Below, one piece after another: positions 1-11,380 of a stretch of 64,000 bases of DNA. The stretch's first letter is position 1; the number at the start of each line of letters is the position of its first letter. The position numbers and the translations under genes were made by a program. Source of the stretch: Vicugna vicugna (taxonomy: Eukaryota); the NCBI GenBank assembly GCA_013265495.1, contig MU058844.1:1122941-1186940 (forward strand), read 5' to 3'. Below the pieces are notes generated by a model. That model worked only from the letters and a program-made list of their open reading frames with translations. It was not told where the DNA came from and ran no database searches.

Positions 1-360
1 TACAGGAGTGACAAGACAAAGGAGAAGGTCTTTGAGTTTCTAAGTTGGCAAATCGTGGGAAGGTAAATATATGGGGGAACTAATGGGAGATAAGGGCTAG
101 TTAGTAAAGTTTGTTATATAAATCTCTCTGGTGCTACCTCTGGGCTGGTAAGATTCAAGGGTGTCTCCAGCAATTAACTTCTGTCCTTCTGGTAGGGAGA
201 GGAGATAGGGATACCTTCACAAATGCATGTCCTGCTTTGACACAAAGACAGGGAGGACAGAGAGCTTTTCTTATATCCGCTTCTTTTCAATGTCTTTAGC
301 TTCTAATAATCCTTATGCCAAAGTGGCATATTTGGGGGTAGCATATTCTACTATCCTTCA
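1..360 (-). mobile_element. ERV1 LTR fragment, MER34-like (truncated by window edge)
   Basis: Reverse complement starts TGAAGG..AGAATATGCTACCCCCAAATATGCCACTTTGGCATAAGGATTATT, resembling the MER34-family LTR 5' end as recalled. Confidence 0.65.
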
Positions 361-579
361 GTTTTTTACCTTATAAGTTTGTTTAATGGTGTCATATGTC
401 ATGAAAAAATTTTAAATGTTTGTAGTTAAGTGCATCTTTCTTTTCTTTGTGATTTCTGGGTGTCCTACTTTGCTTTTAGGAAGATCTTTGTTCTCTAGAT
501 TATACAAATTGTTTTTTAAATTTTCGTCTTTTTTCATTAAACTATTTTCTGGAGATTCAGCTTTGATTTTCTTCTGCCT

Positions 580-1130
580 TTCTCACTGTTGTAGATAATC
601 TCATTTACTCCCATGGCATTAACTCCTGATTATCCACTGATGTCTTCTAAATCTGTATTTTTATCTAATTCCGTAACTCTTATTATATGTCCAGAGCAAG
701 ACTCACATATTGAGCATCTCACATATACTGAATTGAACTTATGATTGCACTCCCTGTCCTTGCCAGGCCTGAATTCCTTCCTCTCTAGGATGCACCACAA
801 TCACCAGTACCCTATCTCCAGAAAACTGGAAAGGATCCTTCAGTCTGCCTTTTCACTTAACATCCAACAAACCTTCATCTCCTATTACTTCTTTCATGTT
901 AATTTCTCCTGAGTCTGTCCTCTTTTCCCTGTTCTCATTTCAGCTTCCTGGACTACTGCAACAGCCTTCCAACTGCTTTCCTTAAGTATTTCTCCCCATT
1001 CAATTTAACTTTAAAATTGTCTTTAGAATTATCTTTCTGAAATGCAGATCAGATTAGACTTATATCTAAATTCCTTCTATGAGTTTGCCCCACTAAGAAT
1101 AGTCTAAATTTCTAGCCATGGCCTAAAAAC
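580..1130 (+). mobile_element. Degraded L2 LINE fragment
   Basis: L2-like phrases CTCCCATGGCATTAAC, CCTGGACTACTGCAACAGCCTTCCAACTG, TCTTTCTGAAATGCAGATC. Confidence 0.55.
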
Positions 1131-1689
1131 CACTCATAACAAATGCCTTAAAAACAAGTCCACATCTTAATGTATTTTGGTAAAGTGTTAAGTATCTATT
1201 AGTGGGATAAATGACTATATTAAAGAACAAATTTCTGGAAAAAGCTGTCAGATACAAGTATTCCATTATTATCAAAAGCTAGAATTAAGTTTATATGTCT
1301 ACTTTGTAATTTTAAGTAGTTTTCTATTGAATAACAAATCATAAATGAAAACCAGTATTATACTGGTACCATAAAAAAGAGGCTTAAAATTGAGAAATTA
1401 GAATAAAATCTTTTGAAAAACTACTTAGATGTGAAATTATAATGCTGATTTTATATCTTGAAGGCTTTGATGCATCTTTCCGAATTGCTTTCAAACGATA
1501 TTGCTCATGTTTAAAACGCCTCCAGCTGCAGGTTAAAATCTTTGAGCCCGAAGTATCATGTTATCCGCAACTAACTTTCAAAGGGTTCATAAAAAAAAAT
1601 ATATATATATATATCATATATATACCTATATACACATATATGTGTATACATAAACACACAGATGCATATATGCATATATGGAAAAAGAG

Positions 1690-1812
1690 AAAGCAAATTT
1701 GAAAAATGTTAACAATTAGTGAATATAGGTGAGGGGTGTATAAGTGTTCATTGCACTATACTTTTACATTTTCTGAAGTTTTGAAAATTATCAACAGAAA
1801 ATATTAGGAAAA
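1690..1812 (+). mobile_element. Old L1M 3' end fragment
   Basis: AAATGTTAACAATTAGTGAATATAGGTGAGGGGTGTATAAGTGTTCATTGCACTATACTTTT, typical of L1MC/ME 3' UTR termini. Confidence 0.55.
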
Positions 1813-2056
1813 AGAGCTCCAACAGCAATGTTTGAAAGCGTGAATTTTAAAACAGTCTTAACAACCCTCACATTAAAATAATTTTGAAAAAAATCTTTGC
1901 TGATCCAACAGAAAAAGCTACATATGGTTTTAGTTTTTACTTCTTTAGTTACAAAGATGAATATTTTTCATGTTTATAAGAAACTGTTATTTCTCCTTTT
2001 ATGAATGGTCTTTGTCCATGTTTCTATAGGAGGTTTATTTCTTAAGAGACTTTTAT

Positions 2057-3127
2057 TTTTTTTCAAGTTAAAAGCTCACTTTTTATTGTATTTTTTGAAT
2101 TGAAGTATAGTTGATTTACAATGTTGTGTTAGTTTCAGGTGTACAGCAAAGTGATTCAGTTATACACATACACATATATATTTTTTTCAGATTCTTTTCC
2201 TTTATAGGTTATGATGAGATATTGAATATAGTTCTTTGTGCTGTACAGTGGGTCTTTGTTGTTTGTTTTATATGTAGTCGTGTGCATATGTTAATTCCAA
2301 TCTGCTAATTTATACCCTACAACCTTTCCTCTTTGGTAACCATACTTTGTTTTCTATCTCTGTGAGTCTATTTCTGGTTTGTAAATAAGTTCATTTGTAT
2401 CGTTTTTATTAGATTCCATACATAAGTGATATCATATATTTGTCTTTCTTTGTCTTACTTCACTTCATATAGTAATCTCTAGGTCCATCCATGTTTCTGA
2501 AAAATGGCATTATAAATATACCACAGCTTCTTTATCCAATCATCTTTCAATGGACATTTAGGTTGCTTCCATGTCTTGGCTATTGTAAACAGTGTTGCTA
2601 TGAACACTGGGGTGCATGTATCTTTTCAAGTTATAGTTTTATCCAGATATACGCCCAGAAGTGATATTGCTGATCGTGTGGTAAGTCTATTTTTAGTTTT
2701 TTAAGGAAACTCCATACTGTCCTCCATAGTGGCTGCACCAATATATATTCCCACCAAAAGTGTAGGAGGGTTCCTTTTTCTCCATACCCTCTCCAGCATT
2801 TATTATTTGTAGACTTTTTAATGATGGCCATTCTCACTGGTGTGAGGTGATACCTCATTGTAGTTTTGATTTGCATGTCTCAAAAAAGACATGCAAGTGT
2901 GCCTGTTGGCCATTTGTATGTCTTTGGAGAAATGTATATTTAGATCTTTTGCCTACTTTTGATTGGGTTGTTTGTTTTTTGTTTTTTTTTTTGATACTAA
3001 GCTGTATGAGCTGTTTGTGTATTTTGGAAATTAATTCCTTGTTGTTCTTATCATTTGCAAATATTTTCTCCTAGTCCATAGGTTGTTTTTTTGTTTTGTT
3101 TATGGTTTTCTTTGCTGTGCAAAATCT
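2057..3127 (-). mobile_element. 5'-truncated L1 (ORF2 C-terminus + 3' UTR), cetartiodactyl-type
   Basis: Minus ORF 2631-2876 [30 protein letters not shown] is the L1 ORF2 C-terminal region. T-rich tail and TGAAGTATAGTTGATTTACAATGTTGTGTTAGTTTCAGGTGTACAGC 3' end. TSD CTTAAGAG[A/C]CTTTTAT at 2041-2056 and 3128-3143. Confidence 0.92.
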
Positions 3128-3716
3128 CTTAAGAGCCTTTTATATATCAGTATATTGATATTTTGTAGTATATAAACAGATTACTCTAAAATGTATGTTA
3201 TTATATGAGAATTTCATATATTACAAAGAAAGTACCACAGCCAATGGAAAAGAGAAAAATATTTGTAGACTTTTTAATGATGGCCATTCTCACTGGTGTG
3301 AGGTGATACCTCATTGTAGTTTTGATTTGCATGTCTCAAAAAAGACATGCAAGTGTGCCTGTTGGCCATTTGTATGTCTTTGGAGAAATGTATATTTAGA
3401 TCTTTTGCCTACTTTTGATTGGGTTGTTTGTTTTTTGTTTTTTTTTTTGATACTAAGCTGTATGAGCTGTTTGTGTATTTTGGAAATTAATTCCTTGTTG
3501 TTCTTATCATTTGCAAATATTTTCTCCTAGTCCATAGGTTGTTTTTTTGTTTTGTTTATGGTTTTCTTTGCTGTGCAAAATCTCTTAAGAGCCTTTTATA
3601 TATCAGTATATTGATATTTTGTAGTATATAAACAGATTACTCTAAAATGTATGTTATTATATGAGAATTTCATATATTACAAAGAAAGTACCACAGCCAA
3701 TGGAAAAGAGAAAAAT
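2805..3716. repeat. Perfect 456-bp direct tandem duplication (2805-3260 / 3261-3716)
   Basis: Copies read identically, including an 11-T homopolymer. ORFs at 3195 and 3651 start with the same peptide, offset 456 bp. Confidence 0.95.
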
Positions 3717-3889
3717 GGGAAAAGTTGGCAAACTGCCCCTTACATAAAGAGAACTCTTGAAATCAATAAAAGCAATAATGTCACAATAGAGAAAACATTA
3801 AACAAACAACAACAGGAGAAAGAAAATTCAAGCCATGAAAGAAGAAATCCAAACACCTTAAAAGCATAAGATCAGATATTTAAAAACAG

Positions 3890-4480
3890 AGTGCAGGGCA
3901 TTGATTGGTTGGCTTATGGCAGTTTACATGAGTGAGATTCAACCTCAGCAGATGATGGTCCATAAAACTGGCAATAATGCTTTTGGAAATGTTAATGTAA
4001 TACTCAGCTCTCTGTTAGCAAGAGCACAAAAGGCAAGAGGGCAGATCATTCAGCCATACTTGGCACCGGCAGGCCCTTATTAGAGTAATGCAATCAACAT
4101 GGGGTTCCACCCTCTAAAATGCATGTGGAGAAACTAGAGAGGGTCTCCTAAGAGGCACCATCGAAATGATTACAGAGAAAGTCAAACTGATTGGGGAAGA
4201 TTAAGGGGATTGTATTTATTTAGTCTAGAGAGGAAAAAGCTAAATAGTGAAATAGGTAGTTATTTTCAATTGTATAAGTATATGAAAAAAATGATTATCC
4301 TGAGGAAAGCTAGATTATTCTATCTGTATGATAGACAATAAGCCAAGAGGAATATGGTTAAATTGCACCGAGAGATTCTAATTAACTTAAAGCATTGCAA
4401 AACTTCAGGGCAGACTAACAAAAAAACAAAGGAACCTCTGCTTTTGTATATCTTTCTGAGCAATTTAGACAACTGCCCAT
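3890..4480 (+). mobile_element. Ancient CR1/L3 LINE fragment (RT C-terminal region)
   Basis: Frameshifted translation PYLAPAGP..LE*C..HVEKLERV..EMI and LRGLYLFSLERKKL..YKYM mirrors the CR1 ORF2 motif YSALVRPHLEYCVQFW..DKLERVQRRATKMI..LGLFSLEKRRL..FKYL. Confidence 0.75.
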
Positions 4481-4907
4481 CTTGTGGCTTAGCTATAGAA
4501 TAGCAGGTGGCTGGGTCCTTGATTAGAATTATAGGTTTATAGAATCTTAGAACTGAAAAGTAGCTTCAGTAGATTAAAGTTTCTCATTTACATGTTTTGT
4601 AGATTTCTGTTGCCACCCATCCACCAAGAGCATATACAAAGGAAAGTATAGGATATGGAGCCTTGAAAGTTAGAGTGTTATCGTGGTTGAGTGACTGAAG
4701 CTTTTTAAAGTGTCTGCTGAGATAATGTGAAGAGATCTTAATTATCTGGTAGGAAAAAGCAAACTGTGGATTAGGGCAGGGTAGTACTGTGATTCTTAAG
4801 TTTTTTCTAGGTTACAGATAAAAACTAGTCTTTTATCCCAAGAAAAATGCATAGAGTTACATATACCCACCTCTGATGCCAAGATCACCAAATGTGGCCA
4901 AGATGGA

Positions 4908-5470
4908 GGTAGTGTGATATAGTGGTTAAGAGCACAATTTAACTTCTTATATCTATATTGAAATCTTCTCTTGTCCACTTATAAGCCTTACAATCTTAAG
5001 AATGTTACTTAAGCCACTTTGGTTTTGAATATTCTTATGGTGGTAGTAGAAATTTTGGAGCAAGACCAGGAAGTAATTTTAGAGGAGGAACCAATGGATA
5101 TGGAAGAGATGGTAAATTTGGGGATGGCTCTCATAGGTATGAAGGAGGACCTGGAGGTGGCAATTTTGGAAGTAGTCCTGGTTATGGAGGCTATTAGCCA
5201 GACTCATGGTATAATAAGACACAAGGCTTTTCCTTTAAAAAAATTTAGTGGATATATAAAGTTGAGAAGCTGTTGTGCATTTTTATGGTTTATTAAAATA
5301 ATTCTAAAGGAAAAAAAAAGAATGTTGCTTAATTTCTCCATGAATGTTTCCTTATTTCTAAAATGGGAATGACTTATCTTCTGGAATTTTTTGATAAACA
5401 TCAATTAAATAACAAAAGTAAATTTTAGAATATTTTTTACATAAATGGCCTGACACATAGTAGTTGCTAT
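4908..5470 (+). mobile_element. MIR SINE split by the retrocopy at 5013-5317
   Basis: ATAGTGGTTAAGAGCAC at the 5' end. The core GTTACTTAA..TTTCCTTATTTCTAAAATGGGAAT resumes after 5332, followed by CCTGACACATAGTAGTTGCT at the 3' end. Confidence 0.7.
5013..5317 (+). pseudogene. HNRNPA2B1: HNRNPA2B1 processed pseudogene fragment (Gly-rich domain piece + putative distal 3' UTR + poly(A))
   Basis: Frame 5018-5197 reads [58 protein letters not shown] versus hnRNP A2/B1 [64 protein letters not shown] at 5292-5297, A-tract at 5311-5319, 15-bp TSD AAGAATGTT[A/G]CTTAA at 4998-5012 and 5318-5332. Confidence 0.9.
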
Positions 5471-5739
5471 AGAAAAATGATTTTCCAATTTCAAGTCATG
5501 ATCCACTGTAAAAAATTGGTAGTAAAATTTACTCAGTAGGTAATGATTGATGTTTAAAAATGAAAAACAATAAGATATATTCATTGTTCTTAGTAATCAT
5601 TAATATTAATTTTGATCATTTTTCTGTTATATACATGTTTATGTGTGTAAGATTGTTGTGGAGCACTTGTATACTGGTAGTGGTAGGTATATGATATTTC
5701 CTACTGTAGGTCATGGTCAAAAAGCTTGTAGTCATTATA

Positions 5740-8230
5740 GGTTACTAGTTTTGTTGTTTTAAATTTTATCTCTTTGTTTTATTTTTCTGGTGTTTTCTAT
5801 AGGTCTTTCACTATCTGTTTTGAAATAACATGACATACATCACCTCATATATAAGGCAAAAACCCTACAACAATATGCTTCCAATCACCCTCTCCAGCCT
5901 TGTGTGCCATGATCCTTATACATTTTACTTCTACACATTACTAATGCTACAACGTATTACCATCATTTTTACTTTAAATGGTCAACCTTCCACCAAGTAA
6001 ATTGAGAAAAAAGTAAAAGATATTTCACATTTCTCTGGTGTGCTTTAGTGTTTTCCATAGATCAATATTTCCTGTCTTCCACTGTCCTCCGTCAACCTAA
6101 AGAACCTCCTTTGGCATCCTCTGTAATGTGAATCTGCTAGCAATAACCTCTCTCAGCCTTGACAATCTGGAAACATCATCTCATTCCCACAATTAAAGGA
6201 CATCTTTGCTGGTTATAAAACTCCAGACTAACAATCCCCTTCCTCAGCACCTCAGAGATGTTGTTCCATTGCCATTTGGCTTACTTTGCTTTTGATCAGA
6301 AACAAATATTCCTATCACTGTTTCTCTGTGTGCAATGTCTCCTCTTAACTCATTGCATATACGATTTTCTCTTTATCCTTGGTTTTCAGTAATTAGACCA
6401 TGATATGCCCAAGTGTTGTTTGGCTTGTGTTCTTTCTGCTTGAGATTCATTAAGTTTCTTGGCTTCTGGGGTGAATATTTCCAATCAAATCTGAAAGTTG
6501 TTCAGTCATTAGTTCTTAAAATATTTTCTCTTTCTCCTCTCCTGAGACTCCAGTTGCTTGTCTATTAGACTGTTTGATTTGATCCCTTAGGTCACTGATG
6601 CACTCTGTTCTTTTTTCCTTTCAGTAATTTTTTTTCCTCTGAGATTCAGACTGGAAATCTCCACTGACCTGTCTTTAATTCCACTGATTTTTTCTGAAGT
6701 GTACAAATCTTTTGTGTTAGTTCAGATCCTCTGAGAAGCAAATATAAAGATGGGACTAGATTTCCAAAAGATATGCTGGGAACATGTCAATGAAGAATAA
6801 GAGATGAGGGAGCAGAACAAGGTGGAGAGAACTTTCAGACTGTAATTAAAGTTTCATGTCAAAAAAAAAAGTTTCATGTCTGTGAAGGAGATGAAAAGAA
6901 GAAGGAAAAAGGAATTGTATAGGAAATTTAGAACTTTACACAGAAGTAAAAAAGTTTTGTCAGGCTGATTGGAATTTCTCGATCCAAAGTCACCCATTGG
7001 AGAAGTCCAGAAACTCACAGGAACTGGCTTGCATTAATACCCCTGTCATGCTCAGCCACTGGCTGGGAGCAGCCTATAGGAGACTTGGCTTTGGTGTGAA
7101 TGCCACAATAGATCTGAAGAAATAGTAGCTGGGCTATTGGTTTTACTCCATACAGCAGGAGATGTGAACAGTGCACATTTATGATTAACCTACTGCTGTT
7201 AAGCCCATTTATTTATTTTTTTAAATTTTAAAAATTATGGTTTTAGTCCTATAATTCTCCATTTGATTCTTTTTCAGTGTTTCTATTTCTTTCCTTAAAA
7301 ACTCTATCTCTTCATCCATTATACTTATCTTTTCTCCTACATTCTTTAATATATTTATACTAGTTGTTTAAAAATCATTGTCTACTAATTGCAACAGTTA
7401 GAGTATCTGTTGGTCTGACTCTATAGGCTGTTTTTTCCTTAAATAAGATCACATTTTTCTGTGTCTTTGCATGTCTCATAATTTCTTATTGTTTTCTGGA
7501 TATTGTGTATAAAAGGATAGTGGAGACCGAAATACATTATTTGTGTTACTTTGTTTTGTGTATTTTGTCAGAGAGTGTAAGTTCCTTCTGTATTTTGATT
7601 AGAATAATTCAGATCTCTCCTACAAGAGTATTGATCTGGTGCTGGAGCACAGCTTTAATTACATTGAATTTACCTGTTATTAATCACACTCCTAACTTAC
7701 TTCACAGACTTTTTGACCTTGTCAGTATTTGAGCTGGCATGAAGTTAGTCTGTAGTTTTACCTTTGAATTAAAATCTGGAGGATTTTGAGCATCATGAGA
7801 ATGTCAAAGACTACATAATTATGATTTTTTTCCCTCCATCCTCCTTTTCACTATAATATGGAGGTTATGGCAAGGAGAGCGCTGTCATGCTGAACAATTA
7901 GTTTTTCATCTAGGCCTCTATCAGACTCTAGACTTCCCTGCTATGCTTCTTTGTTGAATAAAATTTGTCTTATTTCTTTTTCACTCAAAACGTCCCAAGC
8001 TACAACAGGCTGGCTGCTTCTATACTTACCAGGTGCTGAATCCCAAATGTGGGAACTTAACATACTCTCTGTTCAATTGTTTGTCCCTGAAATTCAATTT
8101 ATCAGGGCTTCCTTGCACTGCCACTCTTTGCAACTCTCACAGGAAAGCATGATTTTTATTTTGTCTAGATATTTTTTATTATTACCGTAGGTGTGAAGGC
8201 CTTTTATGTCTTTGTATATCTTACCTGTAA
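5740..8230 (-). mobile_element. Old L1M (ORF1/5' region), interrupted by an LTR at 6713-7190
   Basis: Antisense L1 ORF1-type text (GATTTTCTCTTTATCCTTGGTTTTCAG, GAGATTCATTAAGTTTCTTGG). AATCT|CTGCTGTTAAGCCCAT rejoins across the LTR. Confidence 0.7.
6713..7190 (-). mobile_element. ERVL LTR, LTR16-like
   Basis: TGTGTTAGTTCAGATCCTCTGAGAAGCAAA..AAGATGGGACTAGA matches the reverse complement of the LTR16-family 3' end as recalled. Confidence 0.65.
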
Positions 8231-8624
8231 ATAGAACTCTATTATAATTTTTTGATAAGTGTTGGATGAAGACTTACAGCTCACTTATCTATAGTTGAGC
8301 TTGAAGCTATTTAGTGTTGATATAATGTTATTAAAATTTGGTACCCAGACAGAATGAAGGGTCCAAGGTCAATAGGTTTGCCTGTTTCAAAATATCTTTT
8401 GATATGATTCTTCCTGTTGCTCAGTCCAACTAGTAACTGGTGATCTGAGGTGACCACGTGAGGTGATCCCCTGTGTGTTTCCTCAATGCTCTCTGAGTAA
8501 CCTTTAAACTTTTGTGTATTTTTTGCTTGGCTGTTATTGCCCTCCCCAGAATGCATTCTTTCCCTTTTTCTACCACAGTGAACTCCACCACCGAAACCCA
8601 CCTCATGTGTCATATTCTTTCCAA

Positions 8625-8873
8625 AATCTTTTAAGCTTCTTCTACAAAGGATCAGAAAATGTTTTAGATTTTGTGGGCCAGTCTCTGTCATTACTATTTA
8701 ACTCGGCTAGTGTAGCAAAAAACCTGTCGGTTACAAGGCGTTCTTGGTCATTCTTGCTTTCTTGCAGGTTTCAGGGTCACTACACTACAGATAAGATATG
8801 AATGAATGAGCATGGCTATGTTCCCATAAAATTTAATTTGCCAAAATAGCCAGATTATAGTTTGCTGACACTT
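8625..8873 (-). mobile_element. MER58-like hAT-Charlie MITE
   Basis: TTTTAGATTTTGTGGGCCAGTCTCTGTC..GAATGAGCATGGCTATGTTCCCATAAAATTT..TAGTTTGCTGAC. Confidence 0.65.
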
Positions 8874-9099
8874 CTAAAGAATTAGTAGACCTACATAATT
8901 ATGCTTGTCGAATTGTAAGATTGTTTGATTACCCATCTGGGCTATTTTGAACACAGTTACTCTGTGATGTACTCTGTTCCTAGCATATATTTTAGACACA
9001 CAATAATTCTTTGCAGAATAAATGAAAGAAAGGAAGAAAATATGAGATGACCATGGAAATGGAGAGACAGAAGCAATTGAGAAAAGAGCCGTATTGACA

Positions 9100-9500
9100 A
9101 ACAGTGCTAGTCACTGTAAAGATAAACCCCCAACCTCAGTTCTCAGTTTCTTAACACAGCAAAGATTTATTTCTTGATTATACATCATTGTTCAGTGTGG
9201 AATGGCAGGGTTAGGTGGAGTAGACTCTGTTCTGCATAGTCATTCAGGGGCCCAAGTCCTTCCATCTAAAGGCTCCACCACCTACTCTAGTCCTCAGAGT
9301 CCTCTCCATTCAGCTAGAAAAAGAAAGCAAAAGTCATGAGTAGAAGGTTCGCTTGGGCCGGGACTAGAAATGGAACCCATCACTTTTGCCTGAGTTCTGT
9401 CATCAAGATCTCAGTCATAGATACTACCCTATGGCACACACACAAAAAAAAGAGGCTGAAAAATATATTCACAAACTCTGTGCTTAGAAAGAAGAGGGGG
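9100..9500 (-). mobile_element. Old MaLR LTR (MLT1J/K/L-like)
   Basis: CTTAACACAGCAAAGATTTATTTCTTG..GTCATTCAGGGGCCCAAG, typical of old MLT1 antisense sequence. Confidence 0.55.
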
Positions 9501-11164
9501 TTATGGCTATTGATAAGCACTAGCAATCTAGTTTGGGTTACATTAAAAGAAGGCAGTGAGGGGATAAAGCAGTTTAGATGAGGAAACAATCAAGATGACA
9601 CTTCCCAGAGGGAGAAAGCAGCTTTTCCAACAATGGCATGCAGGTTAATTTTCTCAGTAGAAACTTGCAGCCCTGTAAGTGCTGTCATTTGCAAATATAT
9701 AAACCATCTTAGATAAATATAATTGTGTGCCAGTGTGGGGAAAAAACCCCCCACAAAATTGTGATTGGCCACACTCCAAGGTACACTAAAACAATGTGGC
9801 AGATGTGTGGGAATGTACCTGCCCTCAGTCTCGGTGAGCTTACAGGCTTTAAATATGGTTATTTTGAAGCCCAAGGTACAATTATCAATCTCTGAAAACA
9901 ATTTATCCTAATTTAATCTTAATTACATTGAATCTCTTTCAGTAGCTACAATTATGTCCTTTAGAATAATCCCGCTGGACATTTCTCAGAGTTATTGAGA
10001 GTGTTTTGTCAGAATTGGTGAGAAATAGTAATAGGGATGGGAAGGGAGAGGTCTTGTATACAGGAAAGCACTTTATAAAGCATGAAAGAAAGATATTTAT
10101 CATGCAGTAGTGTGTGGTTATTGTAAGAATATTATTATTATCATTATTTTAGTTTATTTATTGCAGTTGAATTTGCTTATTTATGGAGTTGAAATACCAG
10201 TAATTGTACTTGCCTAAGGGAGATTAATCCATGAGAACTTTTCTTCATGAAGGGATTACAGGGAAGCTGTTTTTCTGGTGATATGAAAAAGGATTGTGGA
10301 TCCCTTCCAAAATTTTACTTCCTTTAAAAATCCGGTTTCAAAGTGGGCTTTTCCAGGTGAGTAGATAATTTGGTGATGCTGCGATTTAGCATTAGTTTCT
10401 GGGCCTGAATTTCTGTTGTCCTTGTAGTGGTTTGTGGCACAAATAAAAAATATCTGGAATTAGATTCAGGCTCTTGAGCTGAAACAGCTTGAAGAAAGCC
10501 TCCAAGAGGATTGTCCTTTGATTTACAAAACGATGAGGCATCTCCATTGCAGCCTCAGTTCCTTAAATAGGTCCTCCAGTCTGCCCATGACAGCTCACGA
10601 AGTATCTAGGACTGGTCTCCCTTAGTCTCCAGCAAGGTCGCCAGCATTTCACAGTTGCTGTCATGACTGTGGCTCCCTTGGCAGGATGTACGATCCTTCT
10701 CTCTGCCATAGAGCATGCATGGATATATTTAGCTCAGTAACCATGTTTAGAAGTTGGGCAGAATGAGTTGTCATGACTGTTTCAGTCCTGTCTTTTCTCT
10801 TAGTATGTGAGTTATCTTGGTTGACAGTGAAGAATGAATAGAGTGCAATTGTAGTGGGAGTGAGTAAAGGCTATACATTTGTTTTCATGATTGGTAAATT
10901 CTCATTTTATATATTTAAGGAATTGGCATGTGTGTAAGAATGTAAAATTTACTGTTAAAAGAAATTAAAATGACTATTTTTGTGTACTGTCCACTAATGA
11001 TTATGCTAACCAAAGAAAGGAAAGGACATTATTAAATAACTGGTTGAGATCTGATTTCCCTTCTCATGGATTTCTACTTTCTAAAGGAAAGGATTCTAAG
11101 GGAAGTGTGAGCTGTATTCACTGGGCACTTGGAAATGCAGTAAGTTCCCAGTAGATGATAGTCA

Positions 11165-11380
11165 TTCGTAATAATTGTAGTTAACATTGATTGAGGGCTC
11201 ACCATGTGCAAAGAACTGTTTTAACAATTCTAGTAACTCTATAATGTAGGCAGTATGATACCCATTTTGTACACGAGGAAACTGAGCCACAGAGAATTGA
11301 TAAATCTTGTCTAGGTTCACAGCGGAAGCTCAGAGCCAGAATTTAATCCCAGCCAGCCTGACTCCAGGGCCTCACCTGGT
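11165..11380 (-). mobile_element. MIR SINE
   Basis: CCCATTTTGTACACGAGGAAACTGAGCCACAGAGAATTGATAAATCTTGTCTAGGTTCACAG is the MIR core in antisense. Confidence 0.8.

Noticed and set aside
5019..5372. 117-aa ORF ([24 protein letters not shown]..)
   Set aside because: It is the +1 frame of the Gly-rich HNRNPA2B1 retrocopy and runs through the poly(A)/TSD into a MIR; not a gene.
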